Source of the DNA: a virus | Lineage: Duplodnaviria; Caudoviricetes | Direction: 5' to 3' (one strand) | Virus record (IMG/VR): IMGVR_UViG_3300028591_000122 | Location: 52,457 to 116,456 of that record | Length of the DNA stretch: 64,000 nt | Part shown: in pieces, positions 30,542-40,618 of the stretch | How positions within the stretch are numbered: the first letter of the stretch is position 1 | Layout of the letters: each line of letters starts with the position of its first letter | Notes under the pieces: generated by a model | Seen by the model: the letters and a program-made list of their open reading frames with translations, nothing else | The model's database searches: none | What the model was told of the DNA's origin: nothing | Translations under genes and position numbers: made by a program

Positions 30542-31087
30542 ATGGGAAAAGGATTAGTCGATAAACCTCACTTGCAGAGGTTCAAAACACATCTTGATAA
30601 TACGTTTGTCAAGAAAACAGAAAAAGCAACATTAGAAAGTTTTGGTATTGTTAAACCAGATGGTATATCAGTAACGGTGGCTGACGGAGTTCTGTCGGCT
30701 TCCGCTTCTGGTGTTAATTATTCCGAGATAGAACAACTATTAGGAATCACTTGGATTAACAATGAAAGACTTTATCAATCCACTATTGTTATGCGTAACC
30801 CCGTGTCTTGTACGGCAGGACAATGGAATGAAGTATGCGATGCTCCCAATGAGATAGATATGCTTATTAAGGGAGAATATACAGACGGAGCAATAAGTGG
30901 TGGAACACAAATCAAGCAAGAGAATGGTAAAATTTATGTATGTCCGAGTATTAACTGTAATGTAAAATACTTAACCATCTCTTATACAAAGGACATCGAA
31001 GAATTTATGTACGATTATACTTGGACAGAAGCCAGTGCTAAAACTTGGGACGACTTCATTGATACCAAGTGGAAAGGAGTATCGTGA
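30542..31087 (+). CDS. Fibre adaptor protein
   Basis: KAT...GIVKPDG fibre repeat; N-terminal LQRFKTHL and C-terminal TW..TW motifs. Confidence 0.5.
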   Translation: MGKGLVDKPHLQRFKTHLDNTFVKKTEKATLESFGIVKPDGISVTVADGVLSASASGVNYSEIEQLLGITWINNERLYQSTIVMRNPVSCTAGQWNEVCDAPNEIDMLIKGEYTDGAISGGTQIKQENGKIYVCPSINCNVKYLTISYTKDIEEFMYDYTWTEASAKTWDDFIDTKWKGVS

Positions 31088-33963
31088 GTACAACTACAAC
31101 AAATTTGGAATTAGTTAAGCCCGCGGGTAATGAGCGAGTTGATGTTGATGTTATCAATAGTAACTATGATAAGATAGACGAATTCGCTGGATTAGCCATT
31201 ACGGATGCTAACTATGTCCATACAGATAATAACTACACGACAACTGAAAAGAATAAATTATCTGCTATTCAACCTAATGCGACGGCAACATCGTTTACTC
31301 AAACATTAGTTTCTGGAACTGCTGTTGGTACTATCACTATCAATGGAACGCCCTATACTATTTATGCGCCTGCTTCTTCTGGAGGAGCTTCGGCACTAAA
31401 TGATTTAACTGATGTCACATTGGCAAATCCGTCAAACGGACAAGTGCTTAAATATAACGCAACGACTGGCAAATGGGAGAACGCAGACGAATCCGGGGGT
31501 GGCGGTGGCTATATACCAACAGGAGAAGTGTATACATTCTTTACTGATGGTTCTTCGGCAGCAGCCAACTATACTTTATATGTTCAATGGACGGACGGAG
31601 AAACAGTTACAACCGCTGTGATTGTTGAGTATGCCCAAATTATTGCCGGTTGGACAACAGGTGATTATCAGAACGTAACTATCAATTGGGATAGAAACAA
31701 TGCTTGTTTTAATTTCGTTGCAAAGACAGGTTCCTTTGAAAATGGTGGTACTTACTACGATGAAGGTGACACCATGGGAACTCTTACAAGTGGTAATATT
31801 ACATTTAATGCAGTCGAAAAAGAAGCCACAGGTGTTGAATGGACACAGATACAATCAAGCGGAACGAAGATTGCCGAAATTGAAATAGACGGAGTTCCTC
31901 AGAATGTATATGCTCCCACTCCACCTACAAAAACATCTGATTTGACCAACGACTCTAACTTTGTAGCAGATGCAAGTTATGTTCACACAGACAACAACTA
32001 TACTACTACAGAAAAAAACAAACTTTCAGGACTTGTTGGAGTTGAAGCAAACCCGTCTGGAACTGCAAGTACAGATTTGACAAAGATTGCCATAGGTGGA
32101 ACTAATTACAATATTCCATCTGGAGGTAGCGGAACTACAGTTATACCTAATCCCCAAGGAACTCCTACAGGTGAATTAAATACCATCCAAATTGGAAATG
32201 ATATTTATGAGATTCCTACAAGTTCTGATGAAGGTGGATATCTTACGGCAGATGGAAATTGTTATTCTACTCTACCTGTTTATTCGGACGAAAATGATAT
32301 TCTTAAGATTCAATTTAAGTTTTGGAGCAGTGATGCTGCCGCTGATAATCAAACGATAATTGGTAGTTCTTTTGCTGGTAATAGCGATTATCTGTTGTAT
32401 ATGACTGTTGAAAACGGGGAACCGATTTATAGTTATGCTGTAGCAAACGATTATACATACATTAAAGCGCCGAGAAGCACTGAGGACTATGACTACATTG
32501 AGCTTGGATATGATTACATGATTGTCAATGGAACGACTTATACATCACAAACACCAGCAAAACATTCTGTTCATAGACCTATATGCGTATTTGGTTCTAA
32601 CTATAGGGGTTCTGGTACCATTGGAGAAATCAAAATATATAAAAATGATGTTTTAACATATGATTTGGTTCCGTCACAGTGGAAGGGAAACGTTGGTAGA
32701 TTTATTGATGTATTAAATGATGATACTCCATATCCTAGTGAGGGTACGTCTGATTATGGTTATATAGGTACGAGCAGTGGAACAACTGTTATCGCTAACC
32801 CCGAAGGTGAAGCAACAGATACTTTAACCAAAATTCAAATTGGAAATGATATTTATGAGATTGTTGGAGGTGGTTCTGGAGATAGCGGATTCGAAAGAAC
32901 GCAATTATATGTCGCATCTGAAACAGAAACAGTTGTATCATTAAGCCAAAGCATTGCAGATTTTGATATGGTTGAGCTTGTTTCTTGGTACACTTACAAT
33001 GGAGTAGATTACACGGAAAATGCAATTTACTCGGCGAGAGACATGGAGAACGCAATAGGAACAGCAAAAGCATTCGGTGTTTATAATGATGCTTGGTTCA
33101 CCTATTACAGAGTAAATGATGTTGATGAATTAGAATGCATAGCCAATAATAATAGTTGGTATGTAAAAGAAATCTACGGCTTGAAGTTTAATGGCGGTGG
33201 CTCAGCAGAATGGACAGATGTTGTCGGAACTCTTGAAGCAGGACAAACACAAATTGTTTTAACAAGTAGTAAGATTAAGGCAAACTCTGTTGTTAATCCT
33301 TATGCGAGCAAAGTGGGAGTTAAGGCTACTAATATGGTTATTGCCAAGGGTAGTGTTACTTTGACATTCCCCGTACAGACAGAGAATTTAGATGTTATGG
33401 TTAGAGTGACTAAGGTTAATACAAATCATACTTATGACATTGATTTAAGTCATTTGCAGACAGATAAATCTTGGTTCTATTATGATGATGCAGTATCTTC
33501 TGTAAATGATACAGGCGATGGCTTACAGATTTCAGGAAATGATACTCGAATCGATTGGACAACTTTAGGTGCAATTGGTATCAATATAAGCAACATGGTA
33601 GGGGCTATTCCGTCTACTCTGTCGGCACTTAAATTACACTTTAATACCTTTAGGATGAGCGGATATACTGGTGTAAGATTCATAAATAGCGATACTTTAT
33701 ATTCTGGTTCAACTGGTGGCGGTGATGGATTTTTAAGGATACCGGGATTCTATCAATTTGAGAACAATAATTCTACCGTCGAAGAAGAAGATTACACTCT
33801 TGAAATCCCTTGTACTCCTTCGAATCTAACGAATACTTATCTGTACATTATGTTCTTTGATGGAATGATTACGGGAAATATGAGTTATTATGATAATGGT
33901 CTTAATGGCTCCTATAATGTTGCCATAGATGGAATAGACTTTGTGACAGGAGGTGATTCATAA
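31084..33963 (+). CDS. Modular tail fibre/adhesin (internal repeats, ConA/LamG-like domain)
   Basis: TTNLELVKP attachment motif; YVHTDNNYTTTEKNKLS twice; IQIGNDIYEI twice; GQVLKYN..TGKWEN. Confidence 0.75.
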   Translation: MSTTTTNLELVKPAGNERVDVDVINSNYDKIDEFAGLAITDANYVHTDNNYTTTEKNKLSAIQPNATATSFTQTLVSGTAVGTITINGTPYTIYAPASSGGASALNDLTDVTLANPSNGQVLKYNATTGKWENADESGGGGGYIPTGEVYTFFTDGSSAAANYTLYVQWTDGETVTTAVIVEYAQIIAGWTTGDYQNVTINWDRNNACFNFVAKTGSFENGGTYYDEGDTMGTLTSGNITFNAVEKEATGVEWTQIQSSGTKIAEIEIDGVPQNVYAPTPPTKTSDLTNDSNFVADASYVHTDNNYTTTEKNKLSGLVGVEANPSGTASTDLTKIAIGGTNYNIPSGGSGTTVIPNPQGTPTGELNTIQIGNDIYEIPTSSDEGGYLTADGNCYSTLPVYSDENDILKIQFKFWSSDAAADNQTIIGSSFAGNSDYLLYMTVENGEPIYSYAVANDYTYIKAPRSTEDYDYIELGYDYMIVNGTTYTSQTPAKHSVHRPICVFGSNYRGSGTIGEIKIYKNDVLTYDLVPSQWKGNVGRFIDVLNDDTPYPSEGTSDYGYIGTSSGTTVIANPEGEATDTLTKIQIGNDIYEIVGGGSGDSGFERTQLYVASETETVVSLSQSIADFDMVELVSWYTYNGVDYTENAIYSARDMENAIGTAKAFGVYNDAWFTYYRVNDVDELECIANNNSWYVKEIYGLKFNGGGSAEWTDVVGTLEAGQTQIVLTSSKIKANSVVNPYASKVGVKATNMVIAKGSVTLTFPVQTENLDVMVRVTKVNTNHTYDIDLSHLQTDKSWFYYDDAVSSVNDTGDGLQISGNDTRIDWTTLGAIGINISNMVGAIPSTLSALKLHFNTFRMSGYTGVRFINSDTLYSGSTGGGDGFLRIPGFYQFENNNSTVEEEDYTLEIPCTPSNLTNTYLYIMFFDGMITGNMSYYDNGLNGSYNVAIDGIDFVTGGDS

Positions 33964-34898
33964 TGGCTTTTTATCCAATAAATGTAGGCGAAAGTAGCGG
34001 TGGTGGTGGTCATACTATTTTAGACGATAATGGAACATCTCTTGCTCAAGAAAGTAATTTACAATTCAGAGGAGCATATTCACGTGATGATTCTACAAAT
34101 GGAAAAACAGTTGTTGAAGTTTCTCGTTCTATGACTAAAGCAGAATTTGACCAATTAACAGAAGCAGAAAAGGTAGGAATTATTAATGTTACTGACGAAG
34201 AGGAACTTCCTTGGAAAGATATAACGGGAGTCTTACCCGCGGGAGAAACAGAAATAATTTTGAGCGATGATGCCATAACGGACAATTCAACTTTTGAGGC
34301 TTTCACAGACCCTATTGAAGTCAGCCATACGGATATGGTACTTGCTAATGAACCGTCATTGATAAACGATATTTTATCAAGTGCTGATGATACCAAAGTT
34401 ACGGCTTCTTCTAATGATACGGCAGAGGTGGTACCTTGGAAAGCATTCGATGGAATAAAGGGCGTGTCAAGTGGCACTTATGCGAGCCCGTATTATGCTT
34501 GGCTTCCGGGAAACGGAGATGCCCCTTGTTGGTTACAATATCATTTTGCTACTGCAAAGTACATAGACGAAGTTAAAGTATATGTGTACTGTAATAATGG
34601 AGCCTATACAGGCTCTGCAAAGATTCAAGGTTCGAATGATGGAACAAGCTGGACAGATATATCTTCTGCTGTTTCTATTAGCGCACCTTATGGCGAAGAA
34701 ATAGAACTTGATTTCACTTGTGATAGTAATCAGTATTCCTATGTCAGACTTTATAGTGAAACCGCGTTTACTGTTTATGGTGGCGCAAGTATCTTTGTTG
34801 GAGAGATGGAAATTTACGGAAGAAATAGCGCTTATGGAGTGAAAGTTACCTTCCCTGCTCAAGCAGAAAATCTTAATGTGAAAGTGAGGATATCATAA
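33963..34898 (+). CDS. Fibre protein with inserted discoidin (F5/8 type C) domain
   Basis: PWKAFDG, WLQYHF, IQGSNDGTSWTD, YSYVRL motifs. Confidence 0.7.
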   Translation: MAFYPINVGESSGGGGHTILDDNGTSLAQESNLQFRGAYSRDDSTNGKTVVEVSRSMTKAEFDQLTEAEKVGIINVTDEEELPWKDITGVLPAGETEIILSDDAITDNSTFEAFTDPIEVSHTDMVLANEPSLINDILSSADDTKVTASSNDTAEVVPWKAFDGIKGVSSGTYASPYYAWLPGNGDAPCWLQYHFATAKYIDEVKVYVYCNNGAYTGSAKIQGSNDGTSWTDISSAVSISAPYGEEIELDFTCDSNQYSYVRLYSETAFTVYGGASIFVGEMEIYGRNSAYGVKVTFPAQAENLNVKVRIS

Positions 34899-36601
34899 TG
34901 GCTTATTTTAAAAGTAATAAAGTAGAAACAAGAATAGCAAATATCCTCAAAGGAACTTCTGACCCCGCTTCTTCTATTGGCGATAATGGACAGTTGTATT
35001 TGAAGTATGCGGACCTTTCATTAAGAGAATACATTGAAGTTGGAAGTACGGCTGGACCATATATTAATACTGGATTTTATTGGAGTTCAGATTGTGAATT
35101 TGAAATAAAAGCCAAATGGACAGGCACCCCTGCAAACAACACCGCTTTTTTTGGAGCTTATTCTCCAAATCAAGACACAGATGTTCAAGTGTATAATGGC
35201 AATACTTTATTTTATGTTGGAGGAGGAGGCACTGCAAGTCTGTCGATAGATACTGATGACCATATATATAAAGCAACTCAATCTGAATTGCTATTAGATG
35301 GAACTAGTGTTGCAACCCCCAATTGGAGCAGAGTTCCTGCGAGCTTGGAAGTATCTATATTTACTATGCAACAGCATTCTCCGGCAATTAATGCGAGAAT
35401 ATATTATATAAAAATATGGAAAAGCGGAGAATTGCACAAATACTTTATTCCTGCTGTAAATAACGCAACTAACGAAATAGGAATGTTTGAAGCAGTTAGT
35501 GGTGAATTTTATTCTAACGACGGAACTGGTAATTTTGATATTAGTTCATCTGTCATATTGGATATGCCAAGTCGCCCTATTTTGTCTTCCTTTGCCAAAG
35601 TTAACGACCAATGGCAAAGCCTTATAGGTACTAACGTTGATGAAATCACTTATGCTAGTAATCCACCTAAGACTGTTTCTTATCTTAAATGGCAAATTAC
35701 AAAGTCAAGAAGTGTTCCTGCTGGTGGATGTATACAAATCGCTGAATTTAGATTATATCAAAATGCAGAGAAATATGTTTGGAACAGTAATGTTTCTATT
35801 TCAAGCGATATGACAGGCGTTTCGGGAGAAACTATTGATAAGTTAATTGATGATAACACTAACACAAAATTTAACACACAAGATTGGGGAAGCGTCCAAG
35901 AGAATGAGTGTAATATTATTATCAATTTAGGTGAAACAATCACATTGACAAACACTTCGTCATATTGTTTTGTAACTGCTAATGATGAAATCAGTCGTGA
36001 CCCTGTTTCGTGGAAATTATATAGCAGTGTTGACGGAACGAATTGGGATTTGTTAGACGAAAGAACAGATGCGGATGTACCTACGGATAGAGAGAGACAA
36101 ACCTTTAATTACCCTTGTAAAATAAGTGGCGGAAGTCCACAGCCAGATGATAGGACATATCTGTTTAAAGATGGTGAATGGAAAAATCAAGATATTTTAA
36201 GTTTATATGGATATAAAACATCCGTAGAAAACGGAAGTTTAAAGTGCACAGGAACTCATGCTGGTGTAGTAGTTGATGATGTGAGTGGCTTGGATAGCAG
36301 TGTAACACAGTATAGCGTTTATCTAAAAGTCAGAGCAGGAAATATAAATAGTTACCCATTACAAACAGGAAGAAATGTTCCCACTCAAAATTTATATGAC
36401 ATTATTCAGTATGGAACAGATAGATATTCGTATAATACTGATTATATAAGCAGTGGAACGGATTATTTATTTATATTAATTGCATTATATAATACAGACG
36501 GAATATTTTTAGGGGCAGAAAATTATACAGATGAGAATGCTTATTATTACATTGATGAAATATGGCTTGAAGCTTCAGCACAAGTAATTGTTCATTCTTA
36601 A
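34898..36601 (+). CDS. Fibre/adhesin with ConA-like and discoidin-like domains
   Basis: YINTG...ARIYYIKIW...FIPA; RDPVSWKLYSSVDGTNW. Confidence 0.65.
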   Translation: MAYFKSNKVETRIANILKGTSDPASSIGDNGQLYLKYADLSLREYIEVGSTAGPYINTGFYWSSDCEFEIKAKWTGTPANNTAFFGAYSPNQDTDVQVYNGNTLFYVGGGGTASLSIDTDDHIYKATQSELLLDGTSVATPNWSRVPASLEVSIFTMQQHSPAINARIYYIKIWKSGELHKYFIPAVNNATNEIGMFEAVSGEFYSNDGTGNFDISSSVILDMPSRPILSSFAKVNDQWQSLIGTNVDEITYASNPPKTVSYLKWQITKSRSVPAGGCIQIAEFRLYQNAEKYVWNSNVSISSDMTGVSGETIDKLIDDNTNTKFNTQDWGSVQENECNIIINLGETITLTNTSSYCFVTANDEISRDPVSWKLYSSVDGTNWDLLDERTDADVPTDRERQTFNYPCKISGGSPQPDDRTYLFKDGEWKNQDILSLYGYKTSVENGSLKCTGTHAGVVVDDVSGLDSSVTQYSVYLKVRAGNINSYPLQTGRNVPTQNLYDIIQYGTDRYSYNTDYISSGTDYLFILIALYNTDGIFLGAENYTDENAYYYIDEIWLEASAQVIVHS

Positions 36602-36628
36602 AGAAAATTACAAACATTAAACAAACTT

Positions 36629-36663
36629 AAGATAGTGGGAGTGAAATACCTCTCACTATCTTT
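36629..36663 (+). terminator. Stem-loop/terminator between fibre genes
   Basis: AAGATAGTGGGAG/CTCTCACTATCTT 13-bp stem. Confidence 0.55.
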
Positions 36664-36678
36664 GCGAAAGGAGATTTT

Positions 36679-38283
36679 ATGGCTACAATTTATATAGACG
36701 GAGTGAAGTCTAAACGCATGGCTATTGGAACTACCGAAATAGCCAATATCCTTAAAGGTACTTCTGACCCTTCTTCTAGTATTGGCGGTGATGGACAATT
36801 ATATTTGAAATATGGTAGTTATGAAAAGCATTATTTTATGGATAATAAGATAGTTGTTGTTGAAAACAAAAATGATGCTACTGATTTAAAATTATATATT
36901 GTCGGACTTACGAAAGATTCAAGCGGTATTGCTATAACGGACACTGATTTGCTTGCTTATTTAAGCGATATAACAAGTGGATATTTAAAGGCTTGTTGCA
37001 CTTATGACACGGCAGATTCAACAACACAAACAGGATTACTTGCAATAGGAGATTGGGGAGATGGTATGACATTACATACCTATATTCCCGGTTGGACACA
37101 ATATAAAGCAGGAACATTTTACGGAGTTCTTGATTTAACAGAATCTCCCGTTTCAACACAAGGCTTTCCTGTTTATCAAGAAAATCCGTTTGTTAACCCT
37201 GACGCATTTACTGATGGTGGGATTCTTGATTCCTTTGCTAAAGTTAATAACTTATGGCAAAACCTCATGGGTACTAACATTGATGATATTTTAGCTGGTG
37301 GTAGTAAATACATCAAGGCAACAGGCTCATTTACATCAGGTACTGCATCTCAGCAAAAAGTAGAAGTAGACTGTGGATTTAAACCAGACCTTGTTATGGT
37401 TGATATGGAATTTGGTAATGGATTCACAAGAGCAACATATTTAAGCACTGCTTGGTATGAAGAAACAGACCATCCAGCTTCCGTATGGGATTTAAGACCG
37501 ATGGAATCTGTTATTTATGCAATTACTCCAGAAAGTGTAGAAGGAGAAACTGGTATAACGGATTTAACAGATACTGGATTTAAGTATCGAGTAAATGGTG
37601 GAAATACGCAAGGAAAAGCTTGTACTTACACAGCTATTAAGTTTGATGTAAAAGAAGCTCCAGAACCAATTGTTCCTTTCGAAAAAGAGATTTTACATTC
37701 AATAGTGCAAGACCAAAGCGGAAGGTCAGTTCCTGTTTCTGTAACATTTACAAACGATTATCAAATAGCATTTATTTGTGGATTGATTGCAGATAATGTA
37801 TATACAGGTGCTATTTCTGTAAACGCTCTCGGCGGTGCAAGTGAAATATATGGATTATCAGGCAATAGATATGCTTCAGCAGGAATTGCTATTCGACTTC
37901 CAAGCAATAAGACTTTGATAGGATATTTCCCTTACTCAGATGGCGGTGCTTATTATGATATGTTCGGTGCTATTGGAATGAGCAGACTTCCGTCAGAATA
38001 TGAAATCGGAGCAACTATTGATGTATCAAACATTAGCATAGAATTAAGTAAAGTTTATGACCATATTGTTGTATTTGTTGGTATGGATTCGACCGATTCC
38101 AACAGCATAACGCTTGCCATGAACGGAACAAGTATTCCATTAACAGTAGAAAGCGACAAGTTTAGCCGATACAGTTATCACGCATCTCAAGAACTTACAA
38201 GCGATTCAACAACTTTAAACTTTACATATTCAGGAGGTACAGTTGCTGATAATACAATAGTAGTATTTGCATACAATGAATAA
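36679..38283 (+). CDS. Fibre/adhesin sharing a scaffold with 34898..36601
   Basis: Shared IANILKGTSDP..GQLYLKY and SFAKVN..WQ.L.GTN.D.I blocks; VDCGFKPDLV motif. Confidence 0.65.
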   Translation: MATIYIDGVKSKRMAIGTTEIANILKGTSDPSSSIGGDGQLYLKYGSYEKHYFMDNKIVVVENKNDATDLKLYIVGLTKDSSGIAITDTDLLAYLSDITSGYLKACCTYDTADSTTQTGLLAIGDWGDGMTLHTYIPGWTQYKAGTFYGVLDLTESPVSTQGFPVYQENPFVNPDAFTDGGILDSFAKVNNLWQNLMGTNIDDILAGGSKYIKATGSFTSGTASQQKVEVDCGFKPDLVMVDMEFGNGFTRATYLSTAWYEETDHPASVWDLRPMESVIYAITPESVEGETGITDLTDTGFKYRVNGGNTQGKACTYTAIKFDVKEAPEPIVPFEKEILHSIVQDQSGRSVPVSVTFTNDYQIAFICGLIADNVYTGAISVNALGGASEIYGLSGNRYASAGIAIRLPSNKTLIGYFPYSDGGAYYDMFGAIGMSRLPSEYEIGATIDVSNISIELSKVYDHIVVFVGMDSTDSNSITLAMNGTSIPLTVESDKFSRYSYHASQELTSDSTTLNFTYSGGTVADNTIVVFAYNE

Positions 38284-38307
38284 ATTAATGATTGAAAGGA
38301 GAAGTAT

Positions 38308-39171
38308 ATGGCAAAAGTAATTATGACAAGTGATGAATTAGTCGCAAGACTTGAAACACTTGCTAATAAAAAAACATTTTATAAAAATAAATATCCGTAT
38401 AATTTAGGTTTGGTTGCACCGCCTAAAAGTCAAAAAGAATTTTCAGATATTGTAAGTAAAAAGACTAGATGGAACTATAATCCTTATAACGAACTTGCAA
38501 GGTCTTTTGATTGCAATAATCTCTTAAAGGCTTTATTGAACGGCTACGACATTAATAACAACACCGTTGGTTATTATCAAGCAAACTTAAGTAACACGGG
38601 TGATTGTTCGGAGTATAGGCTTTTACAGCAATGCTCTAATATTTCTAAAGACTTTACCAAACTTAATGCCGTTTCTTTACTGTATATGTCTGGACACGTT
38701 GGCACGTATATAGCCAAAGAAGTTGTTCGTAATGGCAAAACCTATAATGTAATCGAATGTACACCTGCATTTGGTAACGGTGTAGTTTATTCTTGGGTTG
38801 ATACCAACGGAACAAGACGCGAATGCAAAGGCGGTGAAGCGAGAGGAGTATGGACACAACACGGATTATTTACTCCTTGGGTTTCGTACTCTGGTACAAC
38901 GCAACCTTCTCAACCTACCAAAGTAGATGTGAGCAAATATCCCTTATTGCGTATGGTATATAATGCAAAAACAAAAACGTATACCACGAGGGGTTCTTAT
39001 GTTCTTAAACTTCAACGGATTCTTGTAAGCAAAGGATATGACCCTAAAGGTTGTGACTCAGTTTTTGGTCCCGGTTGCGACAAGGCGGTTCGACAATTCC
39101 AGAAAGATTCTGGGCTTGTGGTAGACGGTAAAGTTGGTCCGAAGACTTGGGACAAACTTATAAACGGATAA
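38308..39171 (+). CDS. Endolysin: NlpC/P60-like Cys-His peptidase with PG-binding domain
   Basis: SFDCNNLLK, GHVGTY, IECTP; C-terminal LQRIL...FG...AVRQFQ..GLVVDGKVGPKTW. Confidence 0.75.
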   Translation: MAKVIMTSDELVARLETLANKKTFYKNKYPYNLGLVAPPKSQKEFSDIVSKKTRWNYNPYNELARSFDCNNLLKALLNGYDINNNTVGYYQANLSNTGDCSEYRLLQQCSNISKDFTKLNAVSLLYMSGHVGTYIAKEVVRNGKTYNVIECTPAFGNGVVYSWVDTNGTRRECKGGEARGVWTQHGLFTPWVSYSGTTQPSQPTKVDVSKYPLLRMVYNAKTKTYTTRGSYVLKLQRILVSKGYDPKGCDSVFGPGCDKAVRQFQKDSGLVVDGKVGPKTWDKLING

Positions 39172-39184
39172 GGAGGGACTATAA

Positions 39185-39532
39185 GTGATTCCTACTTGTG
39201 AAATTATCCCCACAAAAGTGGAGATATATAGGGGAACTACCCCTACTATTATGGTTCATCTTCGTAATATTGACTTTGAAATGAGCGATATAGCAAAAGC
39301 ACAAGTTACTCTCGAAGATGACAGAGGACGCAATCAAAAGGTATTTAATGACCCAACGATTGACCAAGAAAACAAAACTATTTCTATCGAACTTTCGCAA
39401 GCTGATACACTCTCATATGACTATGGTATGCTCAACTTACAAATCCGTATTAAACTTAATAGCGGACGAGTTGCTCCTACGAAAATCTACTCAATAAAAA
39501 TGGGTAGAACTCTTAATGAGGAAATCTTATGA
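39185..39532 (+). CDS. BppU-N-like baseplate/fibre anchor protein
   Basis: IYRGTTPT...LSQADTL...QIR pattern. Confidence 0.55.
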   Translation: MIPTCEIIPTKVEIYRGTTPTIMVHLRNIDFEMSDIAKAQVTLEDDRGRNQKVFNDPTIDQENKTISIELSQADTLSYDYGMLNLQIRIKLNSGRVAPTKIYSIKMGRTLNEEIL

Positions 39533-39960
39533 TAGACGGTACTATAAATACTACTCTGCATATTGATGCGGATTTAATAGATAGTAAACCTCTTGAAGCG
39601 GATATTACAACTACTTCTAACATTGACGGAGAAATACAAACACCTGATTTGTTAGAAGCAGATGTAGCACCGCAGAACTCGGAAATAGGAGCAACATTAG
39701 AAACAGGAACTTTAATTGGTAACGGAGAGGGTTCAACGGTTATAGTTAACCCTCCCGATGAACCAAGTGGTCATATGAGAACTATTAAGGTTAATACGGA
39801 AACCTATGATTTAGACGAAGTAGACCCTACTGTTCCGCAATGGGCAAAGACACCCAGTAAGCCTAATTACACGGCAGAAGAAGTTGGAGCAGTAGACGCA
39901 GACAACGAATTAGCATACGCAGAAATAGATAGAATGTTTAACGCAGTATTTGGCATTTAA
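39529..39960 (+). CDS. Fibre anchor protein ending in EIDRMF motif
   Basis: EVDPTVPQWAK...YTAEEVGA fibre repeat. Confidence 0.6.
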   Translation: MIDGTINTTLHIDADLIDSKPLEADITTTSNIDGEIQTPDLLEADVAPQNSEIGATLETGTLIGNGEGSTVIVNPPDEPSGHMRTIKVNTETYDLDEVDPTVPQWAKTPSKPNYTAEEVGAVDADNELAYAEIDRMFNAVFGI

Positions 39961-39973
39961 GAGGAGGAATGTA

Positions 39974-40594
39974 ATGTCACAGACAATAAACTATATCGGC
40001 TCTGTCGATACTTTATACATATTAACAAAACTCAAAGCCGTTTTACAGGCTGGATGGGTTGCTAAGGACGGAACAAAACAGTTATCAGATGAGAACTTTA
40101 CTTCCGCTCTTAAAACTAAACTTGAAGGAATTTCTGCTGGTGCTACAGCTACTTCTTTTACCCAGACTTTAGCACAGGGAACAAAGATAGGTGAGATTAC
40201 TATTGATGGAACTACTATCAATGTATACGCTCCTGAACCTCAAGGAATAACAATTGATACACAGATGTCAGATGTATCGGAAAATGCTGTTCAAAATAAG
40301 GTAATTAAGCAGTATGTTGATGATGCAGTAGGCTCTGTTGTCGGTGTTGAATTTAGAAAAGTACAGGCTCTCCCTCAAACTGGTGAGAATGGTGTTATAT
40401 ATTTGTTACCGAAGTCAGGAACTCCACCTACAGGCAACGTCTATGAAGAGTATATTTGGATATCTTCAGACTCTGCTTATGAGAAGATTGGTGAGACTTC
40501 TATTGACTTAAGCGGTTATGTACAGAGTAGTGACCTTGTTGAGATAACCACAAGCGATATTGATACGATGTTTGCTACTGTATTCGGTAGTTAA
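39974..40594 (+). CDS. Fibre subunit (head-fibre-like) with both terminal docking-like motifs
   Basis: KQLSDENFT..LKTKLEGI, SENAVQNKVI, LPQTGENGVIYL, YEEYIW..YEKIG repeats. Confidence 0.65.
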   Translation: MSQTINYIGSVDTLYILTKLKAVLQAGWVAKDGTKQLSDENFTSALKTKLEGISAGATATSFTQTLAQGTKIGEITIDGTTINVYAPEPQGITIDTQMSDVSENAVQNKVIKQYVDDAVGSVVGVEFRKVQALPQTGENGVIYLLPKSGTPPTGNVYEEYIWISSDSAYEKIGETSIDLSGYVQSSDLVEITTSDIDTMFATVFGS

Positions 40595-40618
40595 GAATGG
40601 TAAGGACGGTGATTGCTT

